Source: Trichodesmium erythraeum IMS101 (GTDB lineage: Bacteria > Cyanobacteriota > Cyanobacteriia > Cyanobacteriales > Microcoleaceae). Taken from it: 32,000 nucleotides of DNA. The position numbers and the translations under genes were made by a program. The stretch lies in the NCBI RefSeq assembly GCF_000014265.1, contig NC_008312.1:720001-752000 (forward strand). Reading direction: 5' to 3'. Numbering within the stretch: the stretch's first letter is position 1; each line of letters opens with the position of its first letter. Shown in pieces: positions 29,349-32,000 of this stretch. The notes below the pieces were generated by a model that was given only the letters and a program-made list of their open reading frames with translations, searched no databases and was not told where the DNA came from.

Positions 29349-29942
29349 AGCTAGTTATTACTTTACATTACGTCTAACAGTGATTACGTCTGCATTAATA
29401 TGCTTCTTACTCAATCCTACTCTCCTTAAGACCTACAACTTTTGTGCAGATTGACCTTGAATGGCTTCCTAAGTTTTCGACCTATTTACTTAGGTGTCTT
29501 AAAGAGGTTTCCTCGTTCCCTTATTCCTTTATTACGATTGATTTAGTGGGGTAAATTCTCCCGAAGGGCGCTATATGGTTGTTAACTTAAGCAAAAAAAT
29601 ACTTATGTTCATTAACCCTTTGACTTTCGTCCTACATCCCATAGCTACCTTTGGAATGGTTGCAAGTTACGAGAGTTTTATTACCTTCCTGTTTGTCCAC
29701 TTTGTCAACCTTTGCTTGCGGTATCGTTCCTCGGTAACTGGTATTTTCCCGCTTTTAAACCAGCTTCAGGGATTGATGTTCATTCGCTACCCTGTGGTCT
29801 ATGCTGTCAACCTAACAACAAGGTGGATGGGATTTCACCATCAAGGTAATAAGAGTTATCTCCAAGTTGAGGTTGTCCTCATGTGTTACTTGGGACGGCC
29901 ATGTATACCTAGTTGTATGGCTTAGTGGCCAACGAGTCGTAC

Positions 29943-30025
29943 TAATTTATCTTACATAATGAATCCAATTTGATACATAACAGAATAGTAATGATCGAGT
30001 TTATGATTATGGCCAAGTAAAAATA
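29943..30025 (+). pseudogene. Degenerate duplicate of the iscA/hesB gene (right part, after the intron)
   Basis: TAATTTATCTTACATAATGAATCCAATTTGATACATAACAGAATAGTAATGATCGAGTTTATGATTATGGCCAAGTAAAA aligns to 30812-30893 of the intact gene. Similarity ends near 30025. Confidence 0.65.
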
Positions 30026-30261
30026 GCCCATGTAAAGATTTGATATAAATTATAGAAAAATTTCAAATAGGGAATGATAGTAGCAGAGGTAACTTTACTA
30101 TGGTTGATATAAATTCCCATTTAACTCGAAAAATATTTATCTATCAGTATGTAATCTGATAATACCTCATATAAAATTTATATTCATACTATATCATTAA
30201 TAGTCCATCAGTAAAGTGGACAAGTTTAACATTACTATTGTTTTTTGGAGAGCGTCAAAGA

Positions 30262-30672
30262 ATGGTAAAATATAATCAAGCTAACCTTGCTCCTAAATTA
30301 TCTATACCTTCTAACTTACAAGGATTTACTCCTACAGAACGTCCTTGGGGATCATTCACAATTTTAGAAGAAGGAAATAGATACAAAATAAAGCGCATAG
30401 AAGTAAAACCAGGCCATCGACTTAGCCTACAAATGCACTACCACCGTAGTGAACATTGGGTTGTAGTGTCAGGAACTGCTAAAGTTACCTGTGGTAACAA
30501 AGAAGAAATCCTCGAAAACAATCAATCTACCTATGTACCTCAATGTACTCCACATCGCTTAGAGAATCCAGGAGTTATTCCTCTGGTATTAATTGAGGTA
30601 CAGAATGGGGAATATCTTGGAGAGGATGACATTATTCGTTTTCAAGATGATTATGCTCGAACAAACTCATAA
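30262..30672 (+). CDS. Cupin-domain protein, mannose-6-phosphate isomerase type II (ManC C-terminal domain-like), about 136 aa
   Basis: ERPWGSF, KRIEVKPGHRLSLQMHYHRSEHWVVVSGTA, PHRLENPG, LIEVQNGEYLGEDDIIRF.DDY.R. I prefer the ATG at 30262, preceded by GGAG, over the TTG at 30238 used by the ORF track. Confidence 0.75.
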   Translation: MVKYNQANLAPKLSIPSNLQGFTPTERPWGSFTILEEGNRYKIKRIEVKPGHRLSLQMHYHRSEHWVVVSGTAKVTCGNKEEILENNQSTYVPQCTPHRLENPGVIPLVLIEVQNGEYLGEDDIIRFQDDYARTNS

Positions 30673-30704
30673 ATTATACTTGTTGTAAGAAAAAAAGATT
30701 CTCA

Positions 30705-31028
30705 ATGATTAACTTGAGTGCAACAGCAGTCCAAGAGATTATCCGTCTTCAGTCCAAACAAAATCAACCAAATATCTTATTTCGCCTAAGAGTTAAACCT
30801 GGTGGTTGCTGTAGTTTATGTTACACAATGCAATTTGATACACAACAGGATAGTAATGATCGAGTTTATGATTATGGCCAAGTAAAAGTTGTAGTGGATT
30901 CTCTACAACTTAACTACCTGAATGGATTAATCTTAGATTATTCTGAGGATCTTATGGGTGGAGGATTCCGATTTAATAATCCGAATGCTAAAGTAGCTTG
31001 CGGTTGTGGTAATTCTTTTTCTGTTTAG
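30705..31028 (+). CDS. IscA/HesB-family iron-sulfur cluster insertion protein, 107 aa
   Basis: GGC in the N-terminal half and the C-terminal CGCGNSF motif. The length and layout are typical of the HesB/IscA family. Confidence 0.85.
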   Translation: MINLSATAVQEIIRLQSKQNQPNILFRLRVKPGGCCSLCYTMQFDTQQDSNDRVYDYGQVKVVVDSLQLNYLNGLILDYSEDLMGGGFRFNNPNAKVACGCGNSFSV

Positions 31029-31461
31029 TATTGACAAATATATCTCACTGATTTAAGATAAAAGACTGTCTGTAAACTTATAGGAAACTAACCCTGTTAT
31101 TTTCCCGAGACTTCCTAAAAATTGCGCTGTTGCACCAAATAACCCTATGAGTGTAACCATAATAAATGATGAATTTAACCGAGAAATATACCTCATAGCA
31201 AGCTGTAAAATCTTGTGGCAGGTTTTTCTGTTATGTTCCTAAAAAAATAGGAGGCTTAAAGCACTTTAAATATTGGCACTGGGGTCATTCGATGCAGCAA
31301 AGTTAAAATTGCGCTTTGGGGATTTTCCTCAAAGCGTTGTGATTTATATAATGTGTGATAATTATGCTGTATATATGGCTATTAAGAGTTTGATCATTTT
31401 GTAGGTAAAGCAGGGTGAGATTAATTTAAACTAGTGAATTATTCCCAAATCTGATAATTTA

Positions 31462-31583
31462 ATTAGGGTTGGTAGAAAAAGTGTTACGGCTGAGGGCCGC
31501 AAATGGCTCTTAAAGCTCTATGATTAGGGTTAGCAGAAAAAGTGTTACGGGTGAGGGAGGGCAATGGCTCTTATGCACTATAG
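31462..31583 (+). repeat. 61-bp tandem direct repeat, 2 copies
   Basis: 31462-31522 reads ATTAGGGTTGGTAGAAAAAGTGTTACGGCTGAGGGCCGCAAATGGCTCTTAAAGCTCTATG. 31523-31583 reads ATTAGGGTTAGCAGAAAAAGTGTTACGGGTGAGGGAGGGCAATGGCTCTTATGCACTATAG. Confidence 0.8.
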
Positions 31584-31966
31584 TAATGGTTGGAATGTTA
31601 ATTTTTCTACATTTTTTCTTCTGGAATACTAAGGTAAATATCTAATTTTTAATATGAGTTAACTAATTTTATAATACTTTCAGTCAGTAAATTTAGCACT
31701 TAAAACTTGGAAAATTCTGTGTTTGTATATTTATTCAGCAGACCTTTAATTAAAATTCCCAGGATTTTAGGTATTATGCAAATAATATAACTTTACTTTC
31801 GAGAAACAACAAAATATATCAGTTCACAAACTGAGTATCATAATAGTAATTGGCCTAAATGTATAGATTCGGTTTTGAGAGTATAGAGAAAAAAATTGGT
31901 CAAGTAAACTTGCCTAGAATTATTCTGTGGCGAAAATATAAAAACAATTAGACAAAACTGTTGCTA

Positions 31967-32000
31967 ATGCCCACAATTCAACAACTGATTCGTTCAGCTC
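31967..32000 (+). CDS. rpsL: 30S ribosomal protein S12, first 11 codons only (runs off the window)
   Basis: ATG CCC ACA ATT CAA CAA CTG ATT CGT TCA GCT encodes MPTIQQLIRSA, the near-universal S12 N-terminus. Confidence 0.7.
   Translation, partial: MPTIQQLIRSA

Larger units (their letters stand above)
27436..29942 (-). mobile_element. Group II intron (about 2.5 kb) with a decayed intron-encoded protein
   Basis: Boundaries were inferred by aligning the flanks to the uninterrupted paralogous sequence at 30801-30820. The 5' end reads GTACG, one mismatch from GUGYG. The 3' end reads ...GTTTAAC. A canonical domain V lies 37 nt upstream of the 3' end, and an RT/maturase/HNH ORF occupies the domain IV position. 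Confidence 0.85.

Noticed and set aside
29224-29925. Plus-strand ORFs 29224-29454 and 29575-29925
   Set aside because: They lie antisense to the group II intron (IEP start and ribozyme domain I). Hydrophobic low-complexity translation is typical of spurious frames.
31462-31583. A CRISPR array
   Set aside because: There are only two directly abutting 61-bp units with no spacers, and no cas genes in the window.

Overview
AT-rich cyanobacterial chromosome segment: the HIP1 octamer GCGATCGC recurs, and psaC, glmS, Fd-GOGAT and rpsL are present. The gene content resembles a filamentous marine cyanobacterium such as Trichodesmium, but I cannot confirm that without a search. Housekeeping genes are psaC, glmS, a SWIM zinc-finger protein, an aldo/keto reductase, a PucC/BCD-type MFS protein, glsF/gltS, a cupin-type mannose-6-P isomerase-like gene, an IscA/HesB gene and the first codons of rpsL. 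The main feature lies at about 9.66-18.0 kb. It is four head-to-tail copies (period about 2.1 kb, minus strand) of a receptor-like gene: N-terminal Ser/Thr kinase, one TM helix, a Pro-rich linker, and a C-terminal FGE-sulfatase (C-type-lectin fold) domain. The copies are nearly identical; copies 1 and 2 share a 759-bp run with no differences. The exception is a 111-bp patch at the extreme C-terminus. There, first and second codon positions vary through all four bases while third positions stay C/T, as expected if AAY codons of a template had undergone adenine-specific mutagenesis. This is the signature of variable regions of a diversity-generating retroelement (DGR). I found no template repeat and no DGR reverse transcriptase in this window, so the cognate DGR would have to act in trans from elsewhere or be lost. 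The window also holds much mobile-element debris. A group II intron with a decayed IEP but a canonical domain V sits antisense in a degenerate partial duplicate of the cupin/iscA junction. There is an IS607-type tnpA with a tnpB stub, a second tnpB stub upstream of glsF, and a decayed IS1-like transposase in a 2.5-kb gene-poor stretch. Several small tandem duplications are present.
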